Shown in pieces: positions 1-11,062 of a stretch of 64,000 nt of DNA; the stretch's first letter is position 1, and every line of letters begins with the position of its first letter. The translations under genes and the position numbers were made by a program. Source of the stretch: Gammaproteobacteria bacterium (GTDB lineage Bacteria; Pseudomonadota; Gammaproteobacteria; GCA-001735895); contig JANTFI010000002.1 in NCBI GenBank assembly GCA_024763505.1, forward strand, positions 9,990 to 73,989, written 5' to 3'. Below the pieces are notes generated by a model that ran no database searches, had not been told where the DNA came from, and saw only the letters and a list, made by a program, of their open reading frames with translations.

Positions 1-463
1 TTTCATCAGCAAGCCCATTAATGAAGATAAACTGCAACAGGTACTGAACCGGAAAGCCGCTTTGAACGATGAAGCCGCAGTCGAAGGAATTGCCAGCGAA
101 GGAATAGACAGTGAAGAAACTGCCGTCTCGGTCGATTATGAATTAACGCGCAAACTTTCCGCCAATAATGTCAAATTGATCAAGGCAACTTTTTCTTTAC
201 TGCAACTGGAGCTGCCGGGTTTTGTGGAAGAATTGAGCCAGGCCATCGAGGCCGAAGACGGACGATTGATTGGCGATATCATGCATAAATTGAGGGGCGT
301 TTGCTGTTACGCCGGTCTGCCGGAATTGAAACGCTTGCTGGATCGCTATGACGATGCCAAAACCATCGACCGGCGGGCGATTCTTGCGGTGTGCCGGGAG
401 GTTCGTGCCGAATTGCAGCGCATTGAGGACACCCTGCAACAGCGTGGAGATGCTGACTTGTAA
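1..463 (+). CDS. 3' end of a hybrid sensor kinase/response-regulator protein (5' partial): receiver-domain C-terminus followed by an HPt histidine-phosphotransfer domain
   Basis: Reading frame is open from the window edge (frame starting at nt 2). FISKPINEDKLQQVL is a typical receiver-domain C-terminus. The following helical segment carries an HKLRG...AG motif characteristic of HPt domains. Stop at 461-463. Confidence 0.6.
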   Translation, partial: FISKPINEDKLQQVLNRKAALNDEAAVEGIASEGIDSEETAVSVDYELTRKLSANNVKLIKATFSLLQLELPGFVEELSQAIEAEDGRLIGDIMHKLRGVCCYAGLPELKRLLDRYDDAKTIDRRAILAVCREVRAELQRIEDTLQQRGDADL

Positions 464-494
464 TCCCGCTACCGCCAGCCTAACGGCAGCGGCC

Positions 495-875
495 TCAATC
501 GCTTTCCAGCACCACCATTGCGACGGCGTAGTGTTTTTCGTCAGACAAGGATAAGAAACTGTGTCGAATACCGCGTTGCTCGATTACTATGCGAGCCTGA
601 CCATGAAAGCGGATATCCGGCTTGCCCAGATCATTATTGATGATTTCCAGATCGTGGAATCCGATTCCTTCGGCGATCCCGGTGCCGAGCGCTTTGCTGA
701 TGGCTTCTTTGGCCGCAAACCGGGAAGCCAGAAAACTGGCGCTGTGATTGCGGTGTTCAAATTGCTGTCGCTCAGTCTCACACAAAATGCGTTCAGAAAA
801 GCGCTCGGCATAACGTTCGATAATCTTTTCAAAACGTGAAATCTCGGCGATATCGACGCCGATTCCGACGATCAT
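495..875 (-). CDS. acpS: holo-[acyl-carrier-protein] synthase (4'-phosphopantetheinyl transferase)
   Basis: 126 aa. N-terminus [15 protein letters not shown] matches the AcpS signature. 4-bp overlap with pdxJ as in the classic pdxJ-acpS operon. Confidence 0.85.
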   Translation of the reverse strand: MIVGIGVDIAEISRFEKIIERYAERFSERILCETERQQFEHRNHSASFLASRFAAKEAISKALGTGIAEGIGFHDLEIINNDLGKPDIRFHGQARIVIEQRGIRHSFLSLSDEKHYAVAMVVLESD

Positions 876-1630
876 GACGAGGCTGGGTTCAAACCGAGAC
901 GCGCTTCCACCATCAGACGCTTCATTTCACGCACCGACTGCGCCAGCCCGTGAAACATCGCATCGGCCATGATGGCGTGACCGATATTCAATTCCACCAC
1001 CTGTGGATGACGTGCCAGCGCCTGCACATTGTGATAATGCAAGCCATGCCCGGCATTGATCTGTAACCCTTGCTGGTGCGCATAATCGATGGCGCGGTAG
1101 ATCTCTTGCAACAAGCGCGCTCGCGTGGGTTCGTCGCGGGCATCGGCGAAGTGGCCGGTATGAATTTCGATCACTGGCGCGTGACAGGCCACTGCCGCAT
1201 CGATTTGTTCGTAGCTGGCATCAATAAACAGTGACACGCGGGTGTTGTTGGCCGCCAGACGCTCGCAGGCAGACTTGATCTTGTCGAAGCCTGCGACTAC
1301 ATCCAAACCGCCTTCGGTGGTCAATTCTTCACGCTTTTCCGGTACCAGACAACAATCTTCGGGCTGCAATTCGAGCGCGAATCCGAGCATGTCTTCAGTC
1401 ACCGCCATTTCCAGATTCAGCTTGGTTTGCACCATTTCCTTGAGCAGCAAGCAATCTCGTTGCTGAATATGACGGCGGTCTTCGCGTAGATGAAAGGTGA
1501 TTGAATCGGCACCCGACTGTTCGGCGATTAGCGCAGCGGTGACCGGGTCGGGATAGCGGGTGCCGCGTGACTGGCGCAGGGTGGCGATATGGTCGATGTT
1601 GACACCGAGTTGGATGGAAGTTGCATTCAT
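872..1630 (-). CDS. pdxJ: pyridoxine 5'-phosphate synthase
   Basis: Protein shows PdxJ motifs ([30 protein letters not shown]). ORF track extends to 1699, but the conserved N-terminus begins at [11 protein letters not shown] (ATG at 1630). Confidence 0.9.
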   Translation of the reverse strand: MNATSIQLGVNIDHIATLRQSRGTRYPDPVTAALIAEQSGADSITFHLREDRRHIQQRDCLLLKEMVQTKLNLEMAVTEDMLGFALELQPEDCCLVPEKREELTTEGGLDVVAGFDKIKSACERLAANNTRVSLFIDASYEQIDAAVACHAPVIEIHTGHFADARDEPTRARLLQEIYRAIDYAHQQGLQINAGHGLHYHNVQALARHPQVVELNIGHAIMADAMFHGLAQSVREMKRLMVEARLGLNPASS

Positions 1631-1634
1631 AGAA

Positions 1635-2339
1635 TTATTTTTGCAGTTGTTGGTAAAACTGGCGTGATTGTAACGTCCTGCCCTGCAGGTTGAAATCAAT
1701 TATTTGGCGCAGCAGAATTCTGCCGGCGCGGGCGATATCGGGTTCGTCAAAACGACGGTCTGCAATCGCCCGCAACTGGGCACCAAGAAAATTACGAGTC
1801 TGCTGATTCTGCGCCGGACACAGCCCGTTGGCCGGGTCGAAATAATATTCTCTGGTATCTTCCAGTGGGGCGTCGCTGTGGGAAACCCGGGTCAGATCCG
1901 GCAACAGGCCAAGAGCTGTCAGCAGTTCCAGCTCAAACCGTCGCAAGCCCATCGCCAGTTCGGCTTGACGGTCAGACCCGGCCAAGCCCAGTAACAATTG
2001 TTGATAGTGGTGAAACAGTTCAGCGTAGGCTTGATGTTTGGGCAGCATCAGCATCAGTAATTCATTGGCGTAAAACACGCCGGGATAATGCTTCGGCGAG
2101 ACTGGCAGCACCCGGCTTTCGATCTGGGTCAGGGTTTTCAACTCGCTACGTCCGCTCCAGCCCAACATCAAGCGGTTGCAGATTTGAAAATGTGCCGCAT
2201 CGCGACGCTTTCGGGCGGCATTGGCCAGCACACTGACACGGCCGAATTGTTCGCTGAACAATTCCAGAATCAGACTCGATTCCTTGTAGTCACGACGGTG
2301 CAGAATAAAGGCGGGCTGATCGGTAATTCGGCTTTGCAT
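1635..2339 (-). CDS. recO: DNA repair protein RecO
   Basis: 234 aa. Conserved position between era and pdxJ. N-terminal OB-fold-like region ([21 protein letters not shown]) typical of RecO. Confidence 0.8.
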   Translation of the reverse strand: MQSRITDQPAFILHRRDYKESSLILELFSEQFGRVSVLANAARKRRDAAHFQICNRLMLGWSGRSELKTLTQIESRVLPVSPKHYPGVFYANELLMLMLPKHQAYAELFHHYQQLLLGLAGSDRQAELAMGLRRFELELLTALGLLPDLTRVSHSDAPLEDTREYYFDPANGLCPAQNQQTRNFLGAQLRAIADRRFDEPDIARAGRILLRQIIDFNLQGRTLQSRQFYQQLQK

Positions 2340-2477
2340 TACAGTAGCGGGGCAGCGTTTAAATGCTCGAAACAGGAAGTCATTACCATACCAGCTTTAT
2401 AAAATTTGGACTTGAATCCGGGCCGGCCTGTCGGTGTGTTGCCAATCGTTTGACCGGTTTTTTCAGGAGTCCGGTTA

Positions 2478-3371
2478 TTATTCGTCCGAATAGCCGAAAG
2501 CAGCTAGCGAGCGCTCATCGTCGGACCAGTCTTCACGTACCTTGACCCACAGTTGCAGAAACACCTTGCAGTCGAGCAAGCGCTCCAGATCCGCCCGTGC
2601 CTCGCTGCCGATTTTCTTCAGCAAGCTGCCACCACGTCCAATGATGATGCCTTTCTGTGATTTTCGCTCGACCCAGATCGACGCCGATATCCGCACCAGA
2701 TCGGCTTCTTCCTTGTAATGCTCGACATTGACTGTGAGTGAGTAGGGCAATTCCTGGGTCAGCATGCGAAACAGTTTTTCGCGTACGATTTCGGCGGCGA
2801 TGAAACGCATCGACTTGTCGGTGAGCTGATCGTCCGGAAAATGCGGCACGCCCGGTGGCAACTGCTGGGCAATAAATTCCATCAAGTGATCGAGATTTTC
2901 CTGCTTCAGCGCCGACACCGGAATGATCGGCACATCGGGCATGCGTTCCGCCAGACGCTGCATGATCGGCAGTAAATCCTGCTTGTTGACCTGATCGATC
3001 TTGTTCAGCAGCAGCACCCGATTGGGCAGTTTTTCGACCTTTTTCAATACTTCTTCATCATCGCCATTGATATTGCGGACATCGAGCAACACGCACACCA
3101 GATCGACATCATCGATGACACTGCTGGCGGCGCGATTCATATAGCGGTTGATGGCCTTTTTCTGGTTTTGATGCATACCCGGCGTATCGACGAAGATACA
3201 TTGATAGCGATCGGTGGTTTTGATGCCGAGAATTTGGTGGCGGGTGGTTTGCGGACGTTTGGCGGTGATGCTGAGCTTTTCGCCGACCAGTGCATTCATC
3301 AGTGTCGATTTTCCGGTATTCGGCTTGCCGACCAGTGCGACATAGCCACAGGCAAAATCCGGCTCAGCCAT
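2478..3371 (-). CDS. era: GTPase Era
   Basis: G1 motif GKPNTGKST, G2/G3 motifs, C-terminal KH domain. 8-bp overlap with rnc (rnc-era operon). Confidence 0.9.
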   Translation of the reverse strand: MAEPDFACGYVALVGKPNTGKSTLMNALVGEKLSITAKRPQTTRHQILGIKTTDRYQCIFVDTPGMHQNQKKAINRYMNRAASSVIDDVDLVCVLLDVRNINGDDEEVLKKVEKLPNRVLLLNKIDQVNKQDLLPIMQRLAERMPDVPIIPVSALKQENLDHLMEFIAQQLPPGVPHFPDDQLTDKSMRFIAAEIVREKLFRMLTQELPYSLTVNVEHYKEEADLVRISASIWVERKSQKGIIIGRGGSLLKKIGSEARADLERLLDCKVFLQLWVKVREDWSDDERSLAAFGYSDE

Positions 3372-4041
3372 TACGTGCCTGTTTCAGCGCCGCCGATGCC
3401 GCCATTTGTTCGGCTTTTTTGCGACTGCTACCCTTACCCTTGACATTCAGCCCCAGTCCATCGATCTGGCACTCGATGGTAAAAATCTGGTCGTGCGATT
3501 TTCCTTCGGTCTTCACCACCTGATACACCGGTAGTTCTATTTTCTTGCTTTGCAGATATTCCTGCAGCGTGGTTTTCGGGTCTTTCAAATCGGCCTGAGT
3601 CGGCAGCGTGACCAGATATTCATCATATAAAAACAGAATCACCTTGCGACAGGGCTCGAAGCCGCCATCCAGATAGACTGCGCCAAAGATCGCTTCCATC
3701 GCATCCGACAGAATCGAGGCACGACGGTAGCCGCCACTTTTCAATTCGCCACCACCCAGTCGCAGATAGTCGCCCAGACAGATATCGCGTGCCACCGTGG
3801 CCAGCGCATCTTCCTTCACCAGACTGGCGCGCACCCGGCTCAATTCGCCTTCGCTGGAATCCTCCAACCGTTTGAACAAATGGTCTGAGATCACCAGTCC
3901 GAGCACACTGTCGCCGAGAAACTCCAGTCTCTCATTATTCACGTTACGCGAAAAGCTACGATGCGTAATGGCCTTTTCGAGCAGCGATTCATCCTTGAAA
4001 TGGTAATGAATAACCGTCTGAAGTTGTTGCAGTGTCTTCAC
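3364..4041 (-). CDS. rnc: ribonuclease III
   Basis: RNase III signature ERLEFLGDSVLG plus C-terminal dsRBD. Classic lepB-rnc-era order. Confidence 0.9.
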   Translation of the reverse strand: MKTLQQLQTVIHYHFKDESLLEKAITHRSFSRNVNNERLEFLGDSVLGLVISDHLFKRLEDSSEGELSRVRASLVKEDALATVARDICLGDYLRLGGGELKSGGYRRASILSDAMEAIFGAVYLDGGFEPCRKVILFLYDEYLVTLPTQADLKDPKTTLQEYLQSKKIELPVYQVVKTEGKSHDQIFTIECQIDGLGLNVKGKGSSRKKAEQMAASAALKQARNG

Positions 4042-4418
4042 TCTTTTTTCTCGACCGTATAGGTGAAGTGACCGCCGATGAACAAGGGGCCGATATACGG
4101 TTTGCGGACTTCGTAATCCAGCGTTACCTTGGTGATGTCGTTTTCGCGGACCACTTTCATGTTTTCGCGCTTGATGCCGGTGATCTGATTGACCAGAAAT
4201 TGCCTATTCAGATAACTCCAGATCGATTTTTTGGAGCGGGCATCGACTTCTTCGCTGGAGGCCATGTTATCCATGGTGGAGCGAATCTGGTAATACTCGA
4301 TATACATCGGCAGAATCTTGAAACCGGTCAGAATGATGGAGCCGAAGATGGCGATGACGACGATCCAGCCGATGGTGGTCAGGCCGCGTTGGGATTTCTG
4401 GTTGATTTGTGGGGTCAT
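4038..4418 (-). CDS. DUF4845-family small membrane-anchored protein
   Basis: 126 aa with an N-terminal TM helix. Occupies the conserved slot between lepB and rnc seen in many gammaproteobacteria. Confidence 0.5.
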   Translation of the reverse strand: MTPQINQKSQRGLTTIGWIVVIAIFGSIILTGFKILPMYIEYYQIRSTMDNMASSEEVDARSKKSIWSYLNRQFLVNQITGIKRENMKVVRENDITKVTLDYEVRKPYIGPLFIGGHFTYTVEKKE

Positions 4419-4428
4419 GTCTGCCTCG

Positions 4429-5226
4429 TTATTGGATGCTGCCGATACGCGACAAGTCTAGCCCACTCCCGCCGCTACGCCAATCCCAGTGCAGCCAGAT
4501 GAATTCAGCCTTGCCGACCAGATTTTGTTCCGGTACAAAGCCCCAGAAGCGGCTATCGTTGCTGTGGTCGCGGTTATCGCCCATCACGAAATACTGCCCC
4601 TCGGGTACGATCAATTCACCATTGGCACTGAACTTCACTTTATCGTCGACCATCATCAAATGTTCGACATCGCCGAGTTTTTCACGAAAAACAGAGGCAC
4701 CGGCCATGTTGTCGCTGGTCGTACCCTGACCGGCAAAAGTTTCCACGAATTCGACCGGTAGCGGCGTACCGTTGATCATCAGACGGCGATTGTAGTAACT
4801 GATGTGGTCGCCCGGCAGACCGACCACCCGCTTGATGAAATCCAGCGATTCATCTTCCGGAAAACGGAATACCACGACTTCGCCACGCTTGAGTGGTTTG
4901 CCATCGGTCAATTTGGTATGCACCACCGGCAAGCGCACGCCGTATTCATATTTGTTGACCAGTATAAAATCACCGACCAGCAGGGTCGGCATCATCGATC
5001 CGGAAGGAATGCGAAACGGTTCGTACAGAAACGAGCGCAGTATCATCACCGCCAGCAGCACCGGAAAGAAAGATTTGGCATATTCCACCAGAATCGGCTC
5101 ATGCACCGATTGGCCGGCGCTGACCTGATGACGTTTACGCGCAAACAGCAGGCTGTCGAGCAGCCAGATCAGGCCACTGACCAGCACGGCCATGACCAGC
5201 AGAAATTCAAAGTCGAAATGAATCAT
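4429..5226 (-). CDS. lepB: signal peptidase I
   Basis: Catalytic Ser box PSGSMMPTL, Lys box and GDNRDHSNDSR motif. Downstream of lepA. Confidence 0.9.
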   Translation of the reverse strand: MIHFDFEFLLVMAVLVSGLIWLLDSLLFARKRHQVSAGQSVHEPILVEYAKSFFPVLLAVMILRSFLYEPFRIPSGSMMPTLLVGDFILVNKYEYGVRLPVVHTKLTDGKPLKRGEVVVFRFPEDESLDFIKRVVGLPGDHISYYNRRLMINGTPLPVEFVETFAGQGTTSDNMAGASVFREKLGDVEHLMMVDDKVKFSANGELIVPEGQYFVMGDNRDHSNDSRFWGFVPEQNLVGKAEFIWLHWDWRSGGSGLDLSRIGSIQ

Positions 5227-5284
5227 TGTTCAGGATAGCCCCGTGTAGTGTTGAGTATTGAAAATTGAGCGTAAACCGCGCTGG

Positions 5285-7087
5285 CTAATTCTTGTTATCT
5301 ACTTGCAGCACGGCGAGAAAGGCATCCTGCGGGATTTCCACCTTGCCGACCTGCTTCATCCGTTTCTTGCCGGCTTTCTGTTTTTCCAGCAATTTCTTTT
5401 TTCTTGTGATATCTCCGCCATAGCATTTTGCGGTGACATTCTTGCGCAAAGCCTTGACGTTAGTGCGGGCAATGATATGCGCACCGATCGCGGCCTGTAT
5501 CGCTACATCGAACATCTGGCGCGGTATCAAGTCTTTCATCTTGCTGGCCAGTTCGCGGCCACGATATTCGGCATTGTCGCGGTGCACGATGATCGACAGG
5601 GCATCGACCCGCTCGCCATTGATCAACACATCGAGTTTGACCAGATTGGCCGCCTCGAAACGCAGAAATTCGTAGTCGAATGAAGCATAGCCGCGGCTGA
5701 CGCTTTTCAAGCGATCAAAGAAATCGAGTACTACTTCGCTCATCGGCATTTCATACACGATTGAAACCTGCGAACCCAGATAGACGATTTCTTTCTGCAC
5801 ACCACGCTTTTCGGTGCACAATGTGATAATGGCACCGATGTATTCTTCCGGCGTCAGGATATTGGCACGGATGATCGGTTCGCGCACTTCGTTGATGTAA
5901 TTGACTTCCGGCAACTCGGCCGGGTTGTGAATCTCGATCACTTCGCCAGAGGTGGTTTCCACCTGATAGATGACGGTCGGCGCGGTGGTGATCAAATCAA
6001 GATCGTATTCGCGCTCCAGTCGCTCCTGCACGATTTCCATATGCAGCATGCCGAGAAAGCCGCAACGAAAACCGAAGCCCAGCGCCTGCGAGGATTCCGG
6101 CTCGAATTGCAGCGCGGCATCGTTGAGCTTGAGCTTTTTCAGCGCTTCACGGGTGTTTTCATAGTCATCCGAGCTGACCGGAAACAGTCCGGCAAATACC
6201 CGCGGTTGTACCTCCTTGAAGTCGGGCAAGGGATCGCTGGCCGGGTTTTGTGCCGAGGTGATGGTGTCACCGACTTTTGCCGATTCGATATCCTTGATGC
6301 CGGAAATGATATAGCCGACATTGCCGCATTCAAGCACTTCGGTTTGCAGGCGTTTGGGGGTGAACACGCCGACCTGGTCAACATGGAACTCGCGCCCGGT
6401 GGACATCATCTGGATTTTCATGCGCGGCTTGATGCTGCCTTCCATCACGCGCACCAGCGTGATCACGCCGACATAACTGTCAAACCAGGAGTCGATAATC
6501 AGCGCCTTGGTCGGCGCATCAATATCGCCGACCGGAGGCGGCACCAGCGCGACCAGTTGTTCCAGCAATTCGTCGATGCCCTGCCCGGTCTTGGCGCTGA
6601 CTTCGATCGCCTCAGAGGCATCCAGCCCGATCACCTGTTCGATTTCGTGCTTGACCCTTTCAGGATCGGCGGCGGGCAGATCGATCTTGTTGAGCACCGG
6701 AATCACTTCCAGATCCATGTCAATGGCGGTGTAGCAATTGGCTACCGATTGCGCTTCCACGCCCTGCGACGCATCGACCACCAGCAAAGCGCCCTCGCAG
6801 GCGGCCAGCGAACGCGAGACTTCGTAAGAAAAGTCGACATGTCCCGGGGTATCGATGAAGTTCAGCAGGTAGGTTTCGCCATCCTTGGCCTTGTATTCGA
6901 GTGACACCGATTGCGCCTTGATGGTGATTCCGCGTTCACGCTCCAGATCCATCGAATCGAGCACCTGCTCCGACATTTCGCGCTCGGTCAAGCCGCCGCA
7001 GACCTGAATAAAGCGGTCGGCGATGGTCGACTTGCCATGGTCGATATGGGCAATAATGGAAAAATTTCGGATATTCTGCATCCGCAT
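5285..7087 (-). CDS. lepA: elongation factor 4 (LepA)
   Basis: G-domain motifs [21 protein letters not shown] and the LepA-specific C-terminal domain. True start may be the third codon ([12 protein letters not shown], nt 7081). Confidence 0.9.
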   Translation of the reverse strand: MRMQNIRNFSIIAHIDHGKSTIADRFIQVCGGLTEREMSEQVLDSMDLERERGITIKAQSVSLEYKAKDGETYLLNFIDTPGHVDFSYEVSRSLAACEGALLVVDASQGVEAQSVANCYTAIDMDLEVIPVLNKIDLPAADPERVKHEIEQVIGLDASEAIEVSAKTGQGIDELLEQLVALVPPPVGDIDAPTKALIIDSWFDSYVGVITLVRVMEGSIKPRMKIQMMSTGREFHVDQVGVFTPKRLQTEVLECGNVGYIISGIKDIESAKVGDTITSAQNPASDPLPDFKEVQPRVFAGLFPVSSDDYENTREALKKLKLNDAALQFEPESSQALGFGFRCGFLGMLHMEIVQERLEREYDLDLITTAPTVIYQVETTSGEVIEIHNPAELPEVNYINEVREPIIRANILTPEEYIGAIITLCTEKRGVQKEIVYLGSQVSIVYEMPMSEVVLDFFDRLKSVSRGYASFDYEFLRFEAANLVKLDVLINGERVDALSIIVHRDNAEYRGRELASKMKDLIPRQMFDVAIQAAIGAHIIARTNVKALRKNVTAKCYGGDITRKKKLLEKQKAGKKRMKQVGKVEIPQDAFLAVLQVDNKN

Positions 7088-7256
7088 AATCGGTCAGCCG
7101 GTGTAAAAATCCGCGAATTTTACGGGAAATGGCGGCAAAGCGACAGGGATGATCGGGATATTTCATCGCTTCTGTAAGGAATGGCAGCGGAGGCGGCTGT
7201 AAATCTTGCACCCAACCGGAGCTTTCCGGTCAGAACCTCATGGATGGGGGTAAAGT

Positions 7257-7496
7257 TCACGCCTGTGCCAGCCGCTGCCGGACAGCTTCTTGATCAAGAA
7301 AATAATGGCAGACTTCTTCGCCATCGAACTGCAATACCGGCACCAGCGTATCAAATTGCCGAATCAAATCGGTATCGCGGTCGATATCGATTTCCTGCCA
7401 GTCAAAATCCAGATCGCGCTGCAACGCCACCAGCGCCAGTTTCATCGACTGGCACAGGTGGCAGTTTTCGCGGTAATACAGGGTGAAGCGGATCAC
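7257..7496 (-). CDS. glutaredoxin-like thioredoxin-fold protein (DUF836 family, CHLC motif)
   Basis: 79 aa. Beta-strand TLYY followed by CHLC and a cis-Pro region VPVL, which fits a glutaredoxin-2-like fold. Confidence 0.5.
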   Translation of the reverse strand: MIRFTLYYRENCHLCQSMKLALVALQRDLDFDWQEIDIDRDTDLIRQFDTLVPVLQFDGEEVCHYFLDQEAVRQRLAQA

Positions 7497-8893
7497 TCCG
7501 GCTTGATCGCCAGAAACACCGGGCCATTATTGCGCTGAATCAGGATAGCAACCGACTTTCCGGACTTGAGCTTTTCGGCCAGATCGCTGAATTCATCCAC
7601 TGAAGTGACACTGTGATTATCGATCATGCTGATCACATCGCCCTTGCGAATGCCCGCTTCGCTGGCCGGACCTTCAGGCTCCACCCGATCGACCAGCACG
7701 CCGGAGTCTACCTTCAGCTTGTTGCGTGTGATCTTGTCGAGTTCTTTCACCGACATGCCGAGCACCGATTTTTCGACCGGTGGTTGCATTTGCGGCTGGC
7801 TTTCCGCCAGTACTTCCTGAGTCGGCAATTGCTCGATTCTGACCTTGAATGTGCGTTTTTTACGGTTGCGGATAATGACCACTTCGGCATCTTCGCCAAC
7901 CGCGGTACGGCCGACAATCGGTGGCAGACTGGTCGAGCGGGTCACCTTGCGGCCATTGAATTCGACGATGACATCACCGACCTTGAGGCCGGCTCGCTGC
8001 GCCGGACTGTCATCCAGTACCTTGGCAATCAGAGCACCATGCGGGTTGGACATGCCAAACGAATCGGCCAGTTCACGCGTGACTTCCTGAATCAGCACGC
8101 CGAGCCAACCGCGCGACACCGAGCCCTTGCTCTTGATCTGTTCGGCCACATCGACAGCCATCTCGATCGGAATGGCGAAAGACAGGCCCATGAAACCGCC
8201 GGAACGACTGTAGATTTGCGAATTGATACCGATCACTTCGCCATCCATGTTGAATAATGGGCCGCCCGAATTTCCCGGGTTGATGGCTACGTCGGTCTGG
8301 ATGAAAGGCACATAGTTATCGCTCGGCAGGCTGCGGCCCTTGGCGCTGACGATACCGGCGGTGACGGTATGATCAAAACCAAACGGTGAGCCGATGGCAA
8401 GCACCCATTCGCCGACCTTGAGGTCTTGCGAATCCCCCAGTTTCAGCGTCGGCAGATTGTCGCCGTCGATCTTGATCAGAGCAATATCCGAATCCTTGTC
8501 CGAACCAATCACCTTGGCATCATACACATCGCGATTATTGAGGCGCACAATGACTTCATCAGCATCCGCCACGACATGATGGTTGGTCAGGATATAGCCA
8601 TCCGACGAAATAATGAAACCGGAGCCGAGCGAATTGGTTTCGCGCTTTTCGATGCCATTGTCGTCGAAAAACTTCTTGAACAATTCACCGAACGGCGAGC
8701 CTTCCGGCAAATTCGGAATATCCAGATGCTTGCGCATCGTGCCACTTTTTGGCTTGGAATTGGTGCTGATATTCACCACCGAATCCTTTGCCTGTTCCAC
8801 GATACCGGTGAAATCCGGCAATTGCGCCTGAACCTGCTGGATGAACAAAAGCATCAACAGGGTCGAAAAAAGATAAAGGCTGGTTTTTTTCAT
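7493..8893 (-). CDS. mucD: periplasmic serine endoprotease DegP/MucD (HtrA family; trypsin domain plus two PDZ domains)
   Basis: Signal peptide MKKTSLYLFSTLLMLLFIQQVQA; catalytic triad motifs (TNHHVV, D, GNSGGPL); two PDZ domains. Start set at the ATG at 8893 preceded by AGGA; the ORF track's N-terminal extension overlaps rseC. Lies downstream of rpoE-rseABC as in algU-mucABCD. Confidence 0.85.
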   Translation of the reverse strand: MKKTSLYLFSTLLMLLFIQQVQAQLPDFTGIVEQAKDSVVNISTNSKPKSGTMRKHLDIPNLPEGSPFGELFKKFFDDNGIEKRETNSLGSGFIISSDGYILTNHHVVADADEVIVRLNNRDVYDAKVIGSDKDSDIALIKIDGDNLPTLKLGDSQDLKVGEWVLAIGSPFGFDHTVTAGIVSAKGRSLPSDNYVPFIQTDVAINPGNSGGPLFNMDGEVIGINSQIYSRSGGFMGLSFAIPIEMAVDVAEQIKSKGSVSRGWLGVLIQEVTRELADSFGMSNPHGALIAKVLDDSPAQRAGLKVGDVIVEFNGRKVTRSTSLPPIVGRTAVGEDAEVVIIRNRKKRTFKVRIEQLPTQEVLAESQPQMQPPVEKSVLGMSVKELDKITRNKLKVDSGVLVDRVEPEGPASEAGIRKGDVISMIDNHSVTSVDEFSDLAEKLKSGKSVAILIQRNNGPVFLAIKPE

Positions 8894-8915
8894 AACACGT
8901 TCCTGTAACCAAGAT

Positions 8916-9362
8916 TTAAAGAATAGAAATTTCGAGTTCCCGCCGCAAAAACCGGGGTTGAAAGCGGCGGGCAAAATGGCTGTGTGATAGTCGAATCGTC
9001 AATGCGATACCCAGACCCAGTCCGGCAAGAGCGCTGATTGTAGTGAGGGTTTCACTGCCACCGAATAGCAACCGGGCAAGCAATCCAAAGACAAACAGCA
9101 TCAGCAGAGGCAAAATGTACATCAGAAAACTGGCCGCCAGATAATGGCGATCCGGCAAGCCGATGACGATATGATCGCCCGGTTTCAGGTTGTGCGTATT
9201 GTCGATACTGAATTGTTGCGAGCGTTGTCCGAGCAACCGGCCCAGACTGCCGGTTCCGCAACCGGCATTCAGTTCGCAATGATTACAGGCGTTTTGGCGC
9301 TGAATTCCGATCACCGCCAGGTGGCCTTGCAATCCGAGCACGGTAGCATGTTCTTCGATCAT
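8916..9362 (-). CDS. rseC: sigma-E factor regulatory protein RseC/MucC
   Basis: 148 aa. N-terminal Cys-containing region (CNHCELNAGCG) and two C-terminal TM helices typical of RseC. Positioned after rseB. Confidence 0.6.
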   Translation of the reverse strand: MIEEHATVLGLQGHLAVIGIQRQNACNHCELNAGCGTGSLGRLLGQRSQQFSIDNTHNLKPGDHIVIGLPDRHYLAASFLMYILPLLMLFVFGLLARLLFGGSETLTTISALAGLGLGIALTIRLSHSHFARRFQPRFLRRELEISIL

Positions 9363-9374
9363 GCGGCAAAGCGG

Positions 9375-10379
9375 TCAGTTTTGATAGGTGACCGCCTGGG
9401 CGAGTTGCCGAACTGTGATGGCCGGCACTTCACCGATAGCGGTAATGGTAAATTCATTATAGCGAACGCCAAAAGCATTGACGGCGCCCATCGAGGTTTC
9501 GCCAATCAGGCTTTCTGCCGAGGTCGGTTCAATAAAAATGGACGCCGAGGCCATGCCGTCGCTGAGTACCATTTGCTGAATATAGGTGTCAGAGTCCGGC
9601 ATTTTCTTGCGAAAAGCAGAATCTACCGAAAAACCGGCTGGCAACGAAGATAACTGCCAGCGAGTGTCGGCCGCCTGTTGCAAGTCATCCGCACCATTGT
9701 GAGACTGCACCAGAGAAAATCCTTCATTGATTTTCGGCATTACACTGAAAACAAGTGGATGATCGTTATCAATCGGCTGTAAATCGGTAAACATGATTTG
9801 TTCACGCACTTGATGCTGATCGTCCATCACCACCGATTGCAGCATCAATCCATTGTTTTCGTTGATCCATACTTTCATACCAAAACGATATTCATCGCGA
9901 GGCATAATCGATACCACCACGGTAGGCTGATCGGCCACCCGATTCTTTCCGACGACGCTGAATTGATAGATTGCAGACAGCTTTTCGACATCTTCCGGGA
10001 CCCAAAGGGGCGATGCGGTTTTCTGATTGGAGCGATCTACCACCACTTGCCGGCTGGACGGCCAGACACAGGTCAGGTTGTTGTTGTCGCGTAAAATTTC
10101 ACGCGCCTCACCATTGAGCGACAGCAATCGCTCACGCACGCCCTGGGCATTGTTGATATGGGTGATCGACATGCTTTCCAGATGGCTGCCCTGCAGGTAG
10201 ACGAATCGGCCTTGATAACTCAGGCCCTGCATGGCTGAAGACATTTTTTGCATCCAGTCCATCGCGCTCATGCCTTCGGCCAGCGCAATTCCACTGGCCA
10301 GCATCAACAGGGAAAACAGCATGCCGCGCAGGAAAGCGGCAGAATATCGATTTATACTGCGATTATTTCTGTGCATCAA
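9375..10379 (-). CDS. rseB: sigma-E factor regulatory protein RseB/MucB
   Basis: 334 aa periplasmic protein with signal peptide. Overlaps rseA by 17 bp. Confidence 0.8.
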   Translation of the reverse strand: MMHRNNRSINRYSAAFLRGMLFSLLMLASGIALAEGMSAMDWMQKMSSAMQGLSYQGRFVYLQGSHLESMSITHINNAQGVRERLLSLNGEAREILRDNNNLTCVWPSSRQVVVDRSNQKTASPLWVPEDVEKLSAIYQFSVVGKNRVADQPTVVVSIMPRDEYRFGMKVWINENNGLMLQSVVMDDQHQVREQIMFTDLQPIDNDHPLVFSVMPKINEGFSLVQSHNGADDLQQAADTRWQLSSLPAGFSVDSAFRKKMPDSDTYIQQMVLSDGMASASIFIEPTSAESLIGETSMGAVNAFGVRYNEFTITAIGEVPAITVRQLAQAVTYQN

Positions 10380-11034
10380 ATCCTACGACTCGAACTTGCG
10401 GGATGATCCCCTGCATGGACTTGGAATACTCATTATGATTGATCAGGTAGGTATTCAATTTCTGCTGGAATGCCGGCGTGCCGCGACGGATTTTCCAGCT
10501 GGTGCCAGCTTGCGTGGTTGCGCGATTTCCGTTTACCGACACCTGACTGACCGGTACATTCAGCGCTGGCAGGCTTGCCAGTTGCTCGACCCGGGCTTCG
10601 GTTGCACCCTGTTGTGCCAACTGATCGCTGGCTCCCGTGCCCGATTCAGAGAATTGAAGTTGCAGGCTGGACACCGCCACAAACGCAACGGCAGCCGCAA
10701 CGGCCACGCCGGTCAACGGTTTGAATAGTACCGACCACAACCACGATGGTTTTGTTTCGGCCTGACTATCCCGTGTCGGAGTTTTGGAGCCCGCCTGGGT
10801 AACCGAAAGAGCGGGCTCCTGTTCGATTTGCGCCATCACATCTGCGACAAAATGAGGTCGAATCCGCTGCGGCATCTCCTGACGCATCACTTCTCCGATC
10901 ATTTGATAGCGTCGCAGGGTGTACCGTTGGTTGATATCACCCAGCGCTTCATTCAAGGCTTTTTGCTCGGCCTGCGCAGAGTGGAAATCATCCAGCAGGG
11001 ATGACAGCTTTTCCGGTTGTTCATTCATGTTCAA
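10363..11034 (-). CDS. rseA: anti-sigma-E factor RseA/MucA
   Basis: 223 aa. N-terminal anti-sigma domain, central TM helix, Gln-rich periplasmic domain. Immediately downstream of rpoE. Confidence 0.75.
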   Translation of the reverse strand: MNMNEQPEKLSSLLDDFHSAQAEQKALNEALGDINQRYTLRRYQMIGEVMRQEMPQRIRPHFVADVMAQIEQEPALSVTQAGSKTPTRDSQAETKPSWLWSVLFKPLTGVAVAAAVAFVAVSSLQLQFSESGTGASDQLAQQGATEARVEQLASLPALNVPVSQVSVNGNRATTQAGTSWKIRRGTPAFQQKLNTYLINHNEYSKSMQGIIPQVRVVGFDAQK

Positions 11035-11062
11035 ATTCTCATTGTCTGTACTACTTGCTTAG

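Noticed and set aside
5927-6904. Long antisense ORFs inside well-supported genes. Examples: 5927-6904 (+) in lepA; 14666-15823 (-) in the GltD-like gene; 29478-30773 (-) in the RND gene; 42101-42901 (-) in accC; 11808-12551 (-) and 12612-13481 (-) in nadB; 27405-28232 (-) in the adaptor gene; 39199-39960 (-) in dsbD
   Set aside because: All lie opposite strongly supported conserved genes. Their translations are low-complexity (Arg/Gly/His/Asp-rich) with no motifs. This is the typical shadow-ORF artefact of a moderately GC-rich coding region.
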